Source: Escherichia phage PP01. Taken from it: 64,000 bases of DNA. Shown one piece after another: positions 9,618 to 20,850 of this stretch (position 1 is its first letter; each line of letters begins with the position of its first letter). The notes under the pieces are model-generated. The model saw nothing but the letters and a program-made list of their open reading frames with translations, was not told the origin of the DNA and ran no database searches. The position numbers were made by a program, and so were the translations under genes. The DNA is taken from sequence record NC_054930.1, one strand, 5' to 3'.

Positions 9618-10148
9618 TTAAACTTCTGCTATAATTTTTCCATCTTTTTCTACTTGAAAATACGTATAAGGAATCGTTGCTGTACATACTAAAGCCGGGT
9701 CTGAATCTTCTGTGTAGCTAAATTCTACTTCAGACAGGTCAGAAACCCAGGGCTTATAAAAATTTATTGACATCACGATTTCAGTTTTACTATTATCTAA
9801 AATGTAAAGCGTAATGTATTCAGGACCTGTTTTTTGGGCAGTATTTTCGCCTGTAAGATAGTTACTAGTTCCTAGCATCCATTCATACATTCCTATCCAT
9901 GACTTAAGCTCTTCATCAACTATAAATCTCACGATGAGTGGATCATACTCGAATGTAACACCTGGACGTTGTGCTCGGCCCAGTCCAAACGGCCCAGTCA
10001 CGGTATCAGTAACAGGTATTCTAATTCCTGGAATAGGAACTGACTGAGCATTTAAAGTAAAAGCAGATGTAGTATTACTATGTGGTATTGATACTACAAA
10101 GTTAGTTGTATTTGCTTGGTTAAAAATTTGTTGCAGAGCTTGCGACAT
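9618..10148 (-). CDS. 3: gp3 tail tube terminator / sheath stabiliser
   Basis: Start at internal ATG (10146-10148) gives 176 aa as in T4; between genes 1 and 2. Confidence 0.82.
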   Translation of the reverse strand: MSQALQQIFNQANTTNFVVSIPHSNTTSAFTLNAQSVPIPGIRIPVTDTVTGPFGLGRAQRPGVTFEYDPLIVRFIVDEELKSWIGMYEWMLGTSNYLTGENTAQKTGPEYITLYILDNSKTEIVMSINFYKPWVSDLSEVEFSYTEDSDPALVCTATIPYTYFQVEKDGKIIAEV

Positions 10149-10254
10149 ATATTCCTCATAATGCTTTATAACTGTTGGTGGTATAATGGGTCTAAGTCCC
10201 TTCCATTCAATTCCATTTAGAACAAACAACAGAAAAGAATGGAAGATAATAGAA

Positions 10255-11079
10255 TTAGATATTTGACCAGACTTTGTTTGCAGAGAAACGTTTTCCTTTT
10301 GAAACGAACTGCTGAAGTGGCATCAACACAACGTTCGCCCAGTCTTTCGGGGCGATTTCAACAAGGCTACCCATAATATTACCAGGTATATATGCCTTAA
10401 TCATTTGGTCTGCACCCCTAAATCCTTTCACTTGACTCCAATCAATTTTTAATTTCGTTTTATTAGTAATAGTAGGTGTATTTGAATATTGCTTTAAAAG
10501 CTCTTCTAGGAATTGCTGACGAGCTTTAGGTGGAATATAGTGCAAGTTTAATCCGTACATTAAATTATGCTTACCTAAACCAAGGTAAATTATCAAAGGA
10601 AATTTATCCCAGTAAGGAAGAGTTTCCTTGTGTTTAGCATCATAAGCAAAAGCATATATTCGTCCCGGCTGCGGGCGAACAACTTTATGCCCTTTTACTT
10701 GCTTAATAGTTTCAGCAAACCACTTTCTGGTTTTATTATTAATTGCTGCGCCTTCATTACGAATTTTATCGCGCAATGTTTGTCTGAATGAATTTATCAT
10801 AAGCAGTTGTCTTTCTTGCTTATTGAGTTTATTCATTGGTTTTGATTCAAGCTTTTGAATCTTTTCAGCCGTTTTAATTCCTGAAGCATATTTTGACATT
10901 GCTGAAGTAAACGTAGAGTATTTGATTCCTCTTTCTTCAGCAAATTGCTTTCCTGTCATTCCTTTTGCTTTGGCCTTTTTATATTCAAGACCTATCTGAA
11001 TCCATTTCTTTTCGTTTAATGATTGCTTAACCTTTGGAACTTGAGGAGTGCTTTCATTAATTATTTGAAAAATAGCCAT
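10255..11079 (-). CDS. 2: gp2 DNA end-protector protein
   Basis: 274 aa as in T4, basic protein, position between 3 and 4. Confidence 0.88.
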   Translation of the reverse strand: MAIFQIINESTPQVPKVKQSLNEKKWIQIGLEYKKAKAKGMTGKQFAEERGIKYSTFTSAMSKYASGIKTAEKIQKLESKPMNKLNKQERQLLMINSFRQTLRDKIRNEGAAINNKTRKWFAETIKQVKGHKVVRPQPGRIYAFAYDAKHKETLPYWDKFPLIIYLGLGKHNLMYGLNLHYIPPKARQQFLEELLKQYSNTPTITNKTKLKIDWSQVKGFRGADQMIKAYIPGNIMGSLVEIAPKDWANVVLMPLQQFVSKGKRFSANKVWSNI

Positions 11080-11531
11080 TATGCCCCCTTAAAGCCAAGA
11101 GCTCGTAATCCATCTTCTGTTAGAATTCTAAATTTTATTCCACGCTTTTCAGCTAAAGATTGTGCTGCTTTCCATTTGTCAGTATTAACAGAATATGTAT
11201 AAATTTCATTCATAAATCTTTTCTTCGCTGCAGTTGTTAGATGTGCCGGTTTAACTGGTGGTTGTGTTTCTTTTTTAGGTTTTATTTCAATAAAAAATTC
11301 TTGTCCAGAAGAATCTTTCATCCAAATATCCATGAAGTATCTACGTTTTTTCCCTTCTGCATTACAAAAATAAGGAATTACTGCTGTTTCACTACCCCAT
11401 GCAATAATTTCTGGATTTTTATCTAACCATTCAAAAAAGAATTTTTCCCAATTTGATCTATACGTAATTTTTTTAGGGTCACCTCTATACTTTGATATAT
11501 TTTTAGGAACCCATTTTCCAGAATATGCCAT
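11079..11531 (-). CDS. 4: gp4 head completion protein
   Basis: 150 aa as in T4; divergent from gene 53. Confidence 0.88.
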   Translation of the reverse strand: MAYSGKWVPKNISKYRGDPKKITYRSNWEKFFFEWLDKNPEIIAWGSETAVIPYFCNAEGKKRRYFMDIWMKDSSGQEFFIEIKPKKETQPPVKPAHLTTAAKKRFMNEIYTYSVNTDKWKAAQSLAEKRGIKFRILTEDGLRALGFKGA

Positions 11532-11542
11532 TGGATTCTCCT

Positions 11543-11550
11543 TATAAATA
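11543..11550 (+). promoter_or_regulatory. Late promoter TATAAATA for gene 53
   Basis: Exact TATAAATA 29 nt upstream of the gene 53 ATG. Confidence 0.6.
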
Positions 11551-11557
11551 GATAATA

Positions 11558-11565
11558 TATTTATA
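11558..11565 (-). promoter_or_regulatory. Late promoter TATAAATA for gene 4 (divergent)
   Basis: Plus-strand tatttata, i.e. TATAAATA on the minus strand 27 nt upstream of the gene 4 ATG. Confidence 0.6.
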
Positions 11566-11578
11566 AACAGGAGGGCCC

Positions 11579-12169
11579 ATGCTCTTTACATTTTTTGATC
11601 CGATTGAATATGCGGCCAAAACGGTGAATAAAAACGCGCCGACTATTCCTATGACAGATATTTTTAGAAACTATAAAGACTATTTTAAACGCGCTCTTGC
11701 GGGATACCGCTTACGTACTTATTATATCAAAGGTTCACCACGCCCGGAAGAATTAGCAAATACTATATATGGAAATCCACAGTTGTATTGGGTTTTATTG
11801 ATGTGTAATGATAATTATGATCCATATTATGGATGGATTACTTCGCAAGAAGCTGCTTATCAAGCATCTATACAAAAATACAAAAATGTAGGTGGAGATC
11901 AAATAGTATATCACGTGAATGAGAATGGTGAAAAATTTTATAATTTAATATCATACGATGATAATCCATATGTTTGGTATGACAAAGGTGATAAAGCTAG
12001 AAAATATCCTCAATATGAAGGAGCACTTGCTGCGGTCGATACGTATGAAGCGGCTGTTCTTGAAAATGAAAAACTTCGTCAAATAAAAATAATAGCAAAA
12101 TCAGACATCAATTCATTTATGAACGACCTTATACGTATAATGGAGAAATCTTATGGAAATGATAAGTAA
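11579..12169 (+). CDS. 53: gp53 baseplate wedge protein
   Basis: 196 aa as in T4; precedes gene 5. Confidence 0.9.
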   Translation: MLFTFFDPIEYAAKTVNKNAPTIPMTDIFRNYKDYFKRALAGYRLRTYYIKGSPRPEELANTIYGNPQLYWVLLMCNDNYDPYYGWITSQEAAYQASIQKYKNVGGDQIVYHVNENGEKFYNLISYDDNPYVWYDKGDKARKYPQYEGALAAVDTYEAAVLENEKLRQIKIIAKSDINSFMNDLIRIMEKSYGNDK

Positions 12170-13880
12170 TAACCTTAATTGGTTTGTTGGTGTTGTTGAA
12201 GATAGAATGGACCCATTAAAATTAGGTCGTGTTCGTGTTCGTGTGGTTGGTCTGCATCCACCTCAAAGAGCACAAGGTGATGTAATGGGTATTCCAACTG
12301 AAAAATTACCATGGATGTCAGTTATTCAACCTATAACTTCTGCAGCAATGTCAGGAATTGGAGGTTCTGTTACAGGGCCAGTAGAAGGAACTAGAGTTTA
12401 TGGTCATTTTTTAGACAAATGGAAAACTAACGGAATTGTCCTTGGCACGTATGGTGGAATAGTTCGCGAAAAACCGAATAGACTTGAAGGATTTTCTGAC
12501 CCAACTGGGCAGTATCCTAGACGTTTAGGAAATGATACTAACGTACTAAACCAAGGCGGAGAAGTAGGATATGATTCCTCTTCTAACGTTATTCAAGATA
12601 GTAACTTAGACACCGCAATAAATCCCGATGATAGACCACTATCAGAGATTCCAACCGATGATAATCCAAATATGTCAATGGCTGAAATGCTTCGCCGTGA
12701 TGAAGGATTAAGATTAAAAGTTTATTGGGATACCGAAGGATATCCGACAATTGGTATTGGTCATCTTATCATGAAACAGCCAGTTCGTGATATGGCTCAA
12801 ATTAATAAAGTTTTATCAAAACAAGTTGGTCGTGAAATTACTGGAAACCCAGGTTCTATTACGATGGAAGAGGCGACGACTTTATTTGAGCGTGATTTGG
12901 CTGATATGCAACGTGATATTAAATCACATTCTAAAGTAGGACCAGTCTGGCAAGCTGTCAACCGTTCTCGTCAAATGGCGTTAGAAAATATGGCATTTCA
13001 GATGGGTGTTGGTGGTGTAGCTAAATTTAACACAATGTTAACTGCTATGTTAGCAGGAGATTGGGAAAAAGCATATAAAGCCGGTCGTGATTCATTGTGG
13101 TATCAACAAACAAAAGGCCGTGCATCCCGTGTTACTATGATTATTCTTACGGGAAATTTGGAATCATATGGTGTTGAAGTGAAAACCCCAGCTAGGTCTC
13201 TATCAGCAATGGCTGCTACTGTAGCTAAATCTTCTGACCCTGCTGACCCTCCTATTCCAAATGACTCGAGAATTTTATTCAAAGAACCAGTTTCTTCATA
13301 TAAAGGTGAATATCCATATGTTCACACAATGGAAACTGAAAGCGGTCATATTCAAGAATTTGATGATACCCCTGGGCAAGAACGATACAGATTAGTTCAT
13401 CCGACAGGAACATATGAGGAAGTATCACCGTCAGGAAGAAGAACAAGAAAAACTGTTGATAATTTGTATGATATAACCAACGCTGATGGTAATTTTTTGG
13501 TAGCCGGTGATAAAAAGACTAACGTCGGTGGATCAGAAATTTATTACAACATGGATAATCGTCTTCACCAAATAGATGGAAGCAATACAATATTTGTACG
13601 TGGCGACGAAACTAAGACGGTTGAAGGTAATGGAACTATCCTAGTTAAAGGTAATGTTACTATTGTAGTTGAAGGCAATGCTGACATTACAGTTAAAGGA
13701 GATGCTACCACTTTAGTTGAAGGAAATCAAACTAACACAGTAAATGGAAATCTTTCTTGGAAAGTTGCTGGGACAGTTGATTGGGACGTTGGTGGCGATT
13801 GGACGGAAAAAATGGCATCTATGAGTTCTATTTCATCTGGTCAATACACAATTGATGGATCGAGGATTGACATTGGCTAA
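12153..13880 (+). CDS. 5: gp5 baseplate hub / cell-puncturing protein with lysozyme domain
   Basis: 575 aa as in T4; N-terminal OB domain, central lysozyme domain (MAEMLRRDEGLRLKVYWDTEGYPTIGIGH), C-terminal beta-helix VxGxxxxx repeats. Confidence 0.97.
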   Translation: MEMISNNLNWFVGVVEDRMDPLKLGRVRVRVVGLHPPQRAQGDVMGIPTEKLPWMSVIQPITSAAMSGIGGSVTGPVEGTRVYGHFLDKWKTNGIVLGTYGGIVREKPNRLEGFSDPTGQYPRRLGNDTNVLNQGGEVGYDSSSNVIQDSNLDTAINPDDRPLSEIPTDDNPNMSMAEMLRRDEGLRLKVYWDTEGYPTIGIGHLIMKQPVRDMAQINKVLSKQVGREITGNPGSITMEEATTLFERDLADMQRDIKSHSKVGPVWQAVNRSRQMALENMAFQMGVGGVAKFNTMLTAMLAGDWEKAYKAGRDSLWYQQTKGRASRVTMIILTGNLESYGVEVKTPARSLSAMAATVAKSSDPADPPIPNDSRILFKEPVSSYKGEYPYVHTMETESGHIQEFDDTPGQERYRLVHPTGTYEEVSPSGRRTRKTVDNLYDITNADGNFLVAGDKKTNVGGSEIYYNMDNRLHQIDGSNTIFVRGDETKTVEGNGTILVKGNVTIVVEGNADITVKGDATTLVEGNQTNTVNGNLSWKVAGTVDWDVGGDWTEKMASMSSISSGQYTIDGSRIDIG

Positions 13881-13914
13881 TATACTTCCAATGAGCGCTG
13901 ATTTAGGAGAATCC

Positions 13915-14409
13915 ATGGAAGGTTCTTCTATCGACGTCACCTTTACCGCTCAATTAGAAACAGGTGAAACGTTAGTATCTATAAATATAACTAGTTACGA
14001 AGAAACTCCTGGGGTTTTAGTAGAAGAAAATCGCTTATATGGAACATATGAATCTGTATTTGGTTTCGGAAATGACGCGTTGAAATATCGTTTAGGCGAT
14101 GAATTTAAAACTGCTGCTTCATGGGAAGAACTTCCTACTGATTCTGATACTCAGCTGTATTTGTGGAAAGCTCCTCAAAATCTCCAGAAGACATTCACTT
14201 ACGAAGTAACATTAATATATGACTACCAAGAACAAAGTGAATCTGGAGGTTCTGGCAGTAATTCTAGGTCATCTTCTGATACTACTGAACCGACAGATCC
14301 TCCTGCTCCAGTAAGAAAAACACTTGTTAAAAATTATACTAAAACTATAGTTGGAAATTGGAGTCGTTGGGCTAATAAATTGAGAAGCTATGTATATGAG
14401 AGGCCATAA
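13915..14409 (+). CDS. gp5.1-like protein
   Basis: Start chosen at ATG 13915 with SD AGGAGA 4 nt upstream (the track ORF begins at an upstream TTG inside gene 5); between 5 and 5.4. Confidence 0.6.
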   Translation: MEGSSIDVTFTAQLETGETLVSINITSYEETPGVLVEENRLYGTYESVFGFGNDALKYRLGDEFKTAASWEELPTDSDTQLYLWKAPQNLQKTFTYEVTLIYDYQEQSESGGSGSNSRSSSDTTEPTDPPAPVRKTLVKNYTKTIVGNWSRWANKLRSYVYERP

Positions 14410-14703
14410 ATGTCAGGATTAAGTTATGATAAGTGTGTTACTGCTGGCCATGAAGCTTGGCCTCCAACAGCTGTGAATGCCACACAAAGTAAAGTATTCA
14501 CTGGAGGAATTGCTGTTCTAGTAGCAGGCGATCCAATTACAGAACATACAGAAATTAAAAAGCCATATGAAACACATGGCGGAGTGACACAACCTAGAAC
14601 TTCTAAGGTATATGTCACTGGAAAGAAAGCTGTTCAAATGGCTGATCCAATATCATGCGGTGATACTGTGGCTCAGGCATCATCTAAAGTATTCATTAAA
14701 TAG
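14410..14703 (+). CDS. 5.4: gp5.4 PAAR-repeat spike tip protein
   Basis: 97 aa as in T4 gp5.4; small Cys/His-containing protein directly after the gene 5 module. Confidence 0.8.
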   Translation: MSGLSYDKCVTAGHEAWPPTAVNATQSKVFTGGIAVLVAGDPITEHTEIKKPYETHGGVTQPRTSKVYVTGKKAVQMADPISCGDTVAQASSKVFIK

Positions 14704-14711
14704 GATTTAAA

Positions 14712-16694
14712 ATGGCAAATACCCCTGTAAATTATCAATTAACAAGAACAGCAAATGCTATTCCCGAGATATTCGTCGGGGGTACGTTTGCTGAAATAAA
14801 ACAAAACCTCATTGAATGGCTTAATGGCCAAAATGAATTTTTGGATTATGATTTTGAAGGCTCAAGATTAAACGTTCTGTGTGACCTTTTGGCTTATAAT
14901 ACGCTGTACATTCAACAGTTTGGTAATGCTGCTGTATATGAAAGCTTTATGCGTACTGCTAACTTACGAAGTTCAGTTGTTCAAGCTGCACAAGATAACG
15001 GATATTTACCTACGTCAAAATCTGCTGCGCAGACCGAAATTATGTTAACATGCACTGACGCATTGAATAGGAATTACATTACAATTCCTCGCGGAACTCG
15101 CTTTTTAGCATATGCAAAAGATACTTCTGTTAATCCATATAACTTCGTTTCTACCGAAGACGTTATTGCTATTCGTGATAAAAATAACCAATATTTTCCG
15201 CGTTTAAAATTGGCCCAGGGACGTATAGTAAGAACTGAAATCATTTATGATAAATTAACGCCTATTATCATTTATGATAAAAATATTGATAGAAACCAGG
15301 TTAAATTATATGTTGATGGAGCGGAATGGATTAACTGGACGAGAAAGTCAATGGTTCATGCTGGTTCAACATCAACGATTTATTATATGAGTGAAACTAT
15401 TGATGGAAACACTGAATTCTATTTTGGTGAAGGTGAAATTTCTGTTAATGCTTCTGAAGGAGCTTTGACCGCTAATTATATTGGAGGTCTTAAACCTACT
15501 CAGAACTCTACGATTGTTATTGAGTACATCAGTACTAATGGTGCTGACGCGAACGGAGCAGTCGGATTTTCATACGCAGATACATTAACAAATATAACTG
15601 TCATCAATATTAATGAAAATCCAAACGGTGACCCAGATTTTGTTGGGGCAGATGGAGGCGGTGATCCAGAAGATATTGAGCGTATTCGCGAATTGGGTAC
15701 TATTAAACGCGAAACCCAGCAACGATGCGTAACTGCGACTGACTATGATACATTCGTTTCAGAGAGATTCGGTTCTATTATTCAGGCAGTTCAGACTTTC
15801 ACTGATTCTACTAAACCTGGGTATGCATTTATTGCTGCTAAACCTAAATCAGGTCTGTATTTAACTACCGTACAGCGTGAAGATATTAAAAATTATCTCA
15901 AAGACTATAATTTGGCTCCTATTACACCATCAATTATTTCTCCTAATTATCTTTTTATTAAGACTAATTTAAAAGTCACATATGCTTTAAATAAACTGCA
16001 AGAATCCGAGCAGTGGCTTGAAGGTCAAATAATTGATAAAATTGATCGCTATTATACCGAAGATGTAGAAATTTTTAACTCGTCTTTCGCTAAATCTAAG
16101 ATGTTAACTTATGTAGATGATGCAGATCATTCTGTCATTGGTTCATCAGCGACTATTCAAATGGTTCGTGAAGTACAAAACTTCTATAAAACACCTGAAG
16201 CAGGTATTAAATACAATAATCAAATAAAAGATCGTTCTATGGAATCTAATACGTTTTCATTTAATTCTGGACGAAAGGTTGTAAATCCTGATACTGGTTT
16301 AGAAGAAGATGTATTATATGACGTTCGTATAGTATCAACAGACCGAGATTCTAAAGGAATTGGTAAAGTTATTATTGGTCCATTTGCTTCTGGCGATGTT
16401 ACAGAAAATGAAAACATTCAGCCATATACAGGCAATGATTTTAATAAATTAGCAAATTCTGATGGACGCGACAAATACTATGTTATCGGTGAAATAAATT
16501 ATCCGGCTGACATGATTTATTGGAATATCGCTAAAATTAATTTAACATCTGAAAAATTTGAGGTTCAGACTATTGAATTATATTCTGACCCAACCGATGA
16601 TGTTATCTTTACTCGCGATGGTTCACTGATTGTATTTGAAAATGACTTACGTCCACAATACTTAACTATCGATTTGGAGCCTATATCACAATGA
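14712..16694 (+). CDS. 6: gp6 baseplate wedge protein
   Basis: 660 aa as in T4; gene order. Confidence 0.93.
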   Translation: MANTPVNYQLTRTANAIPEIFVGGTFAEIKQNLIEWLNGQNEFLDYDFEGSRLNVLCDLLAYNTLYIQQFGNAAVYESFMRTANLRSSVVQAAQDNGYLPTSKSAAQTEIMLTCTDALNRNYITIPRGTRFLAYAKDTSVNPYNFVSTEDVIAIRDKNNQYFPRLKLAQGRIVRTEIIYDKLTPIIIYDKNIDRNQVKLYVDGAEWINWTRKSMVHAGSTSTIYYMSETIDGNTEFYFGEGEISVNASEGALTANYIGGLKPTQNSTIVIEYISTNGADANGAVGFSYADTLTNITVININENPNGDPDFVGADGGGDPEDIERIRELGTIKRETQQRCVTATDYDTFVSERFGSIIQAVQTFTDSTKPGYAFIAAKPKSGLYLTTVQREDIKNYLKDYNLAPITPSIISPNYLFIKTNLKVTYALNKLQESEQWLEGQIIDKIDRYYTEDVEIFNSSFAKSKMLTYVDDADHSVIGSSATIQMVREVQNFYKTPEAGIKYNNQIKDRSMESNTFSFNSGRKVVNPDTGLEEDVLYDVRIVSTDRDSKGIGKVIIGPFASGDVTENENIQPYTGNDFNKLANSDGRDKYYVIGEINYPADMIYWNIAKINLTSEKFEVQTIELYSDPTDDVIFTRDGSLIVFENDLRPQYLTIDLEPISQ

Positions 16695-19600
16695 CAGTAA
16701 AAGCACCTTCAGTCACTAGTCTCAGAATTTCCAAGTTATCCGCAAATCAGGTGCAAGTACGCTGGGATGACGTTGGTGCTAATTTCTACTATTTTGTAGA
16801 AATCGCTGAGACAAAAACAGACTCGGGGGAAAATCTCCCGAGCAATCAATACCGATGGATTAATTTAGGATATACAGCAAATAATAGTTTCTTTTTTGAT
16901 GATGCTGATCCACTAACATCATACATCATTAGAGTAGCTACGGCGGCGCAAGATTTTGAGCAGTCTGATTGGGTTTATACAGAAGAGTTTGAAACTTTTG
17001 CTACGAATGCTTATACATTTCAAAACATGATTGAAATGCAATTAGCCAATAAATTCATTCAGGAAAAATTTACTCTTAATAATTCTGATTATGTTAATTT
17101 TAATAATGATACTATAATGGCTGCATTGATGAATGAATCGTTCCAATTCAGCCCATCATATGTTGATGTTTCATCAATCAGTAATTTTATTATTGGTGAA
17201 AATGAGTATCATGAAATACAAGGTTCCATTCAGCAAGTATGTAAGGATATTAACCGAGTTTATTTGATGGAATCAGAAGGGATTCTATATCTTTTTGAGC
17301 GCTATCAACCCGTAGTTAAAGTATCTAATGATAAAGGACAAACCTGGAAAGCTGTAAAGCTCTTCAATGACCGTGTAGGATATCCTTTATCTAAGACAGT
17401 ATATTACCAATCTGCAAACACAACATACGTTCTAGGATACGACAAGATTTTCTACGGCCGCAAATCTACTGATGTTAGATGGTCAGCTGATGATGTCAGA
17501 TTTAGTTCACAGGATATAACATTCGCTAAACTTGGCGACCAATTACATCTAGGATTTGATGTAGAAATTTTTGCCACTTATGCGACTTTACCAGCGAATG
17601 TATACCGCATCGCAGAAGCTATTACTTGCACCGATGATTACATTTACGTTGTCGCCAGAGACAAAGTTAGATACATAAAAACGAGTAATGCACCTATAGA
17701 TTCTGATCCATTATCTCCGACATATTCGGAAAGACTTTTTGAACCTGATACCATGACTATAACCGGAAATCCTAAAGCAGTATGCTATAAAATGGATTCT
17801 ATCGGTGATAAAGTTTTTGCTCTTATTATTGGTGAAGTTGAAACATTAAATGCTAATCCGAGAACTTCAAAAATAATTGATTCTGTTGATAAAGGAGTAT
17901 ATGTTTTAAATCATGACGAAAAAACATGGAAAAGAGTTTTCGGTAATACCGAAGAAGAAAGAAGACGTATTCAACCCGGATATGCGAATATGTCAACTGA
18001 CGGTAAATTAGTTTCTCTATCTTCGAGTAATTTTAAATTTTTAAGTGATAACATTGTTAATGACCCTGAAACTGTGGTGAAATACCAGTTAATCGGTGCT
18101 GTTAAATATGAATTTCCTCGTGAATGGTTAGCTGATAAGCATTATCATATGATGGCATTTATAGCGGATGAAAAATCTGATTGGGAGACTTTTACTCCTC
18201 AACCAATGAAATACTACGCAGAACCGTTCTTTAACTGGTCTAAAAAATCTAACACACGTTGTTGGATAAACAACTCTGATAGAGCTGTAGTAGTTTATGC
18301 TGATTTAAAATACACCAAAGTTATAGAAAATATTCCGGAAACATCACCAGATAGATTAGTTCATGAATATTGGGATGATGGTGATTGTACTATAGTAATG
18401 CCAAATGTTAAATTCACTGGATTTAAAAAATACGCATCAGGAATGCTTTTCTACAAATCCTCTGGTGAAATAATTTCTTACTATGATTTTAACTATCGTG
18501 TGAGAGATACAGTAGAAATTATTTGGAAGCCAACTGGTGTATTTTTAAAAGCATTTTTACAAAACCAAGAGCATGAGACTCCTTGGTCACCAGAAGAAGA
18601 GCATGGATTAGCTGATCCTGATTTAAGACCATTGATTGGCACAATGATGCCTGATTCTTATTTGCTACAGGATTCGAATTTTGAGGCATTTTGCGAAGCA
18701 TATATTCAGTATCTTTCTGATGGATATGGAACTCAGTATAACAATTTACGAAATTTAATTCGTAATCAGTATCCACGAGAAGAGCATGCATGGGAATATT
18801 TGTGGTCAGAGATATATAAAAGAAACATTTATTTAAATGCTGACAAACGTGATGCTGTTGCGAGATTCTTTGAATCGCGTAGCTATGATTTTTATTCTAC
18901 TAAAGGAATTGAAGCATCATACAAGTTTCTTTTTAAAGTTCTTTATAATGAAGAAGTTGAAATTGAAATTGAATCTGGGGCTGGTACTGAATATGACATA
19001 ATCGTTCAATCTGATTCTTTAACTGAAGATTTAGTAGGACAAACGATTTATACAGCCACAGGAAGATGTAATGTTACTTATATAGAAAGAAGTTATTCTA
19101 ATGGTAAATTGCAATGGACCGTAACTATTCATAATCTTTTGGGAAGATTAATTGCTGGTCAAGAAGTTAAAGCAGAAAGACTCCCTAGTTTTGAAGGCGA
19201 AATTATTCGTGGGGTTAAAGGAAAGGATTTGCTTCAAAACAATATAGACTATATTAATAGAAGTAGATCATACTATGTAATGAAAATTAAATCCAATTTA
19301 CCTTCTTCCCGCTGGAAATCTGACGTTATTCGTTTTGTTCATCCAGTAGGATTTGGATTTATAGCAATTACTCTTTTAACGATGTTTATTAATGTTGGTT
19401 TAACTCTTAAACACACAGAGACTATAATTAATAAATACAAAAACTATAAATGGGATTCTGGATTACCTACTGAATATGCTGATAGAGTAGCTAAATTAAC
19501 TCCAACCGGTGAAATTGAGCATGATTCAGTAACAGGCGAAGCAATTTATGAGCCTGGCCCAATGGCTGGTGTAGAATATCCTCTTCCTGATGACTATAAT

Positions 19601-19789
19601 GCTGAAAATAATAATTCAATATTTCAAGGTCAATTGCCGTCTGAACGACGTAAATTAATGAGTCCTCTATTTGATGCTTCTGGAACAACATTTGCGCAAT
19701 TTAGAGATTTAGTTAATAAACGTCTAAAAGACAATATAGGAAATCCAAGAGACCCTGAAAATCCAACACAGGTTAAAATAGATGAATGA
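16691..19789 (+). CDS. 7: gp7 baseplate wedge protein
   Basis: 1032 aa as in T4; gene order. Confidence 0.93.
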   Translation: MTVKAPSVTSLRISKLSANQVQVRWDDVGANFYYFVEIAETKTDSGENLPSNQYRWINLGYTANNSFFFDDADPLTSYIIRVATAAQDFEQSDWVYTEEFETFATNAYTFQNMIEMQLANKFIQEKFTLNNSDYVNFNNDTIMAALMNESFQFSPSYVDVSSISNFIIGENEYHEIQGSIQQVCKDINRVYLMESEGILYLFERYQPVVKVSNDKGQTWKAVKLFNDRVGYPLSKTVYYQSANTTYVLGYDKIFYGRKSTDVRWSADDVRFSSQDITFAKLGDQLHLGFDVEIFATYATLPANVYRIAEAITCTDDYIYVVARDKVRYIKTSNAPIDSDPLSPTYSERLFEPDTMTITGNPKAVCYKMDSIGDKVFALIIGEVETLNANPRTSKIIDSVDKGVYVLNHDEKTWKRVFGNTEEERRRIQPGYANMSTDGKLVSLSSSNFKFLSDNIVNDPETVVKYQLIGAVKYEFPREWLADKHYHMMAFIADEKSDWETFTPQPMKYYAEPFFNWSKKSNTRCWINNSDRAVVVYADLKYTKVIENIPETSPDRLVHEYWDDGDCTIVMPNVKFTGFKKYASGMLFYKSSGEIISYYDFNYRVRDTVEIIWKPTGVFLKAFLQNQEHETPWSPEEEHGLADPDLRPLIGTMMPDSYLLQDSNFEAFCEAYIQYLSDGYGTQYNNLRNLIRNQYPREEHAWEYLWSEIYKRNIYLNADKRDAVARFFESRSYDFYSTKGIEASYKFLFKVLYNEEVEIEIESGAGTEYDIIVQSDSLTEDLVGQTIYTATGRCNVTYIERSYSNGKLQWTVTIHNLLGRLIAGQEVKAERLPSFEGEIIRGVKGKDLLQNNIDYINRSRSYYVMKIKSNLPSSRWKSDVIRFVHPVGFGFIAITLLTMFINVGLTLKHTETIINKYKNYKWDSGLPTEYADRVAKLTPTGEIEHDSVTGEAIYEPGPMAGVEYPLPDDYNAENNNSIFQGQLPSERRKLMSPLFDASGTTFAQFRDLVNKRLKDNIGNPRDPENPTQVKIDE

Positions 19790-20786
19790 TTCAAGTGTTA
19801 TCTATCGTGCGATAGTTACTTCAAAATTTAGAACAGAAAAAATGTTGAATTTTTATAATTCAATTGGAAGTGGTCCGGATAAAAACACTATCTTTATCAC
19901 ATTTGGAAGATCAGAACCGTGGTCATCAAATGAAAATGAGGTGGGCTTTGCCCCACCTTATCCAACCGATTCTGTATTAGGAGTAACTGACATGTGGACG
20001 CATATGATGGGAACAGTAAAAGTTCTTCCATCAATGCTTGATGCAGTTATTCCTCGTCGAGATTGGGGAGATACTAGATATCCGGATCCGTATACATTTA
20101 GAATTAACGATATTGTAGTGTGTAACTCAGCTCCTTACAACGCTACTGAATCAGGCGCAGGCTGGTTAGTATATCGTTGTTTAGATGTTCCTGATACCGG
20201 AATGTGCTCAATAGCATCTTTAACTGATAAGGATGAATGCCTTAAATTAGGCGGAAAATGGACACCTTCTGTTAGGTCAATGACTCCTCCTGAAGGTCGA
20301 GGAGATGCTGAAGGAACAATTGAACCTGGGGACGGGTATGTATGGGAATATCTTTTTGAGATTCCGCCTGATGTATCTATAAATAGATGCACGAATGAAT
20401 ATATCGTGGTTCCTTGGCCTGAGGAATTAAAAGAAGACCCGACTAGATGGGGATATGAAGATAATCTCACTTGGCAACAAGATGATTTTGGATTAATTTA
20501 CCGTGTTAAGGCAAATACTATCCGTTTTAAAGCATATTTAGATTCAGTTTATTTTCCTGAAGCTGCATTGCCAGGAAATAAAGGATTTAGACAAATATCA
20601 ATAATCACGAATCCTCTTGAAGCTAAAGCTCATCCAAATGACCCAAACGTTAAAGCTGAAAAGGATTATTATGACCCAGAAGATTTAATGAGGCATTCGG
20701 GCGAAATGATTTATATGGAAAATAGGCCACCTATTATTATGGCAATGGATCAAACAGAAGAAATCAATATTCTGTTTACATTTTAA
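19782..20786 (+). CDS. 8: gp8 baseplate wedge protein
   Basis: 334 aa as in T4. Confidence 0.93.
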   Translation: MNDSSVIYRAIVTSKFRTEKMLNFYNSIGSGPDKNTIFITFGRSEPWSSNENEVGFAPPYPTDSVLGVTDMWTHMMGTVKVLPSMLDAVIPRRDWGDTRYPDPYTFRINDIVVCNSAPYNATESGAGWLVYRCLDVPDTGMCSIASLTDKDECLKLGGKWTPSVRSMTPPEGRGDAEGTIEPGDGYVWEYLFEIPPDVSINRCTNEYIVVPWPEELKEDPTRWGYEDNLTWQQDDFGLIYRVKANTIRFKAYLDSVYFPEAALPGNKGFRQISIITNPLEAKAHPNDPNVKAEKDYYDPEDLMRHSGEMIYMENRPPIIMAMDQTEEINILFTF

Positions 20787-20791
20787 ATTAA

Positions 20792-20816
20792 GGGAGCCCA
20801 TGGGCTCCCTTTTTTC
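20792..20816 (+). terminator. Rho-independent terminator after gene 8
   Basis: gggagcccatgggctccc hairpin followed by TTTTTT. Confidence 0.7.
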
Positions 20817-20818
20817 TT

Positions 20819-20826
20819 TATAAATA
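20819..20826 (+). promoter_or_regulatory. Late promoter TATAAATA for gene 9
   Basis: Exact TATAAATA 25 nt upstream of the gene 9 ATG, directly after the terminator. Confidence 0.6.
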
Positions 20827-20850
20827 TTATAAACTCATAAGGAAACCGCT

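Noticed and set aside
13852-13914. Upstream extension of the 5.1-like ORF into gene 5
   Set aside because: The track ORF starts at a TTG inside gene 5; the ATG at 13915 has a strong SD (AGGAGA) and avoids the overlap.
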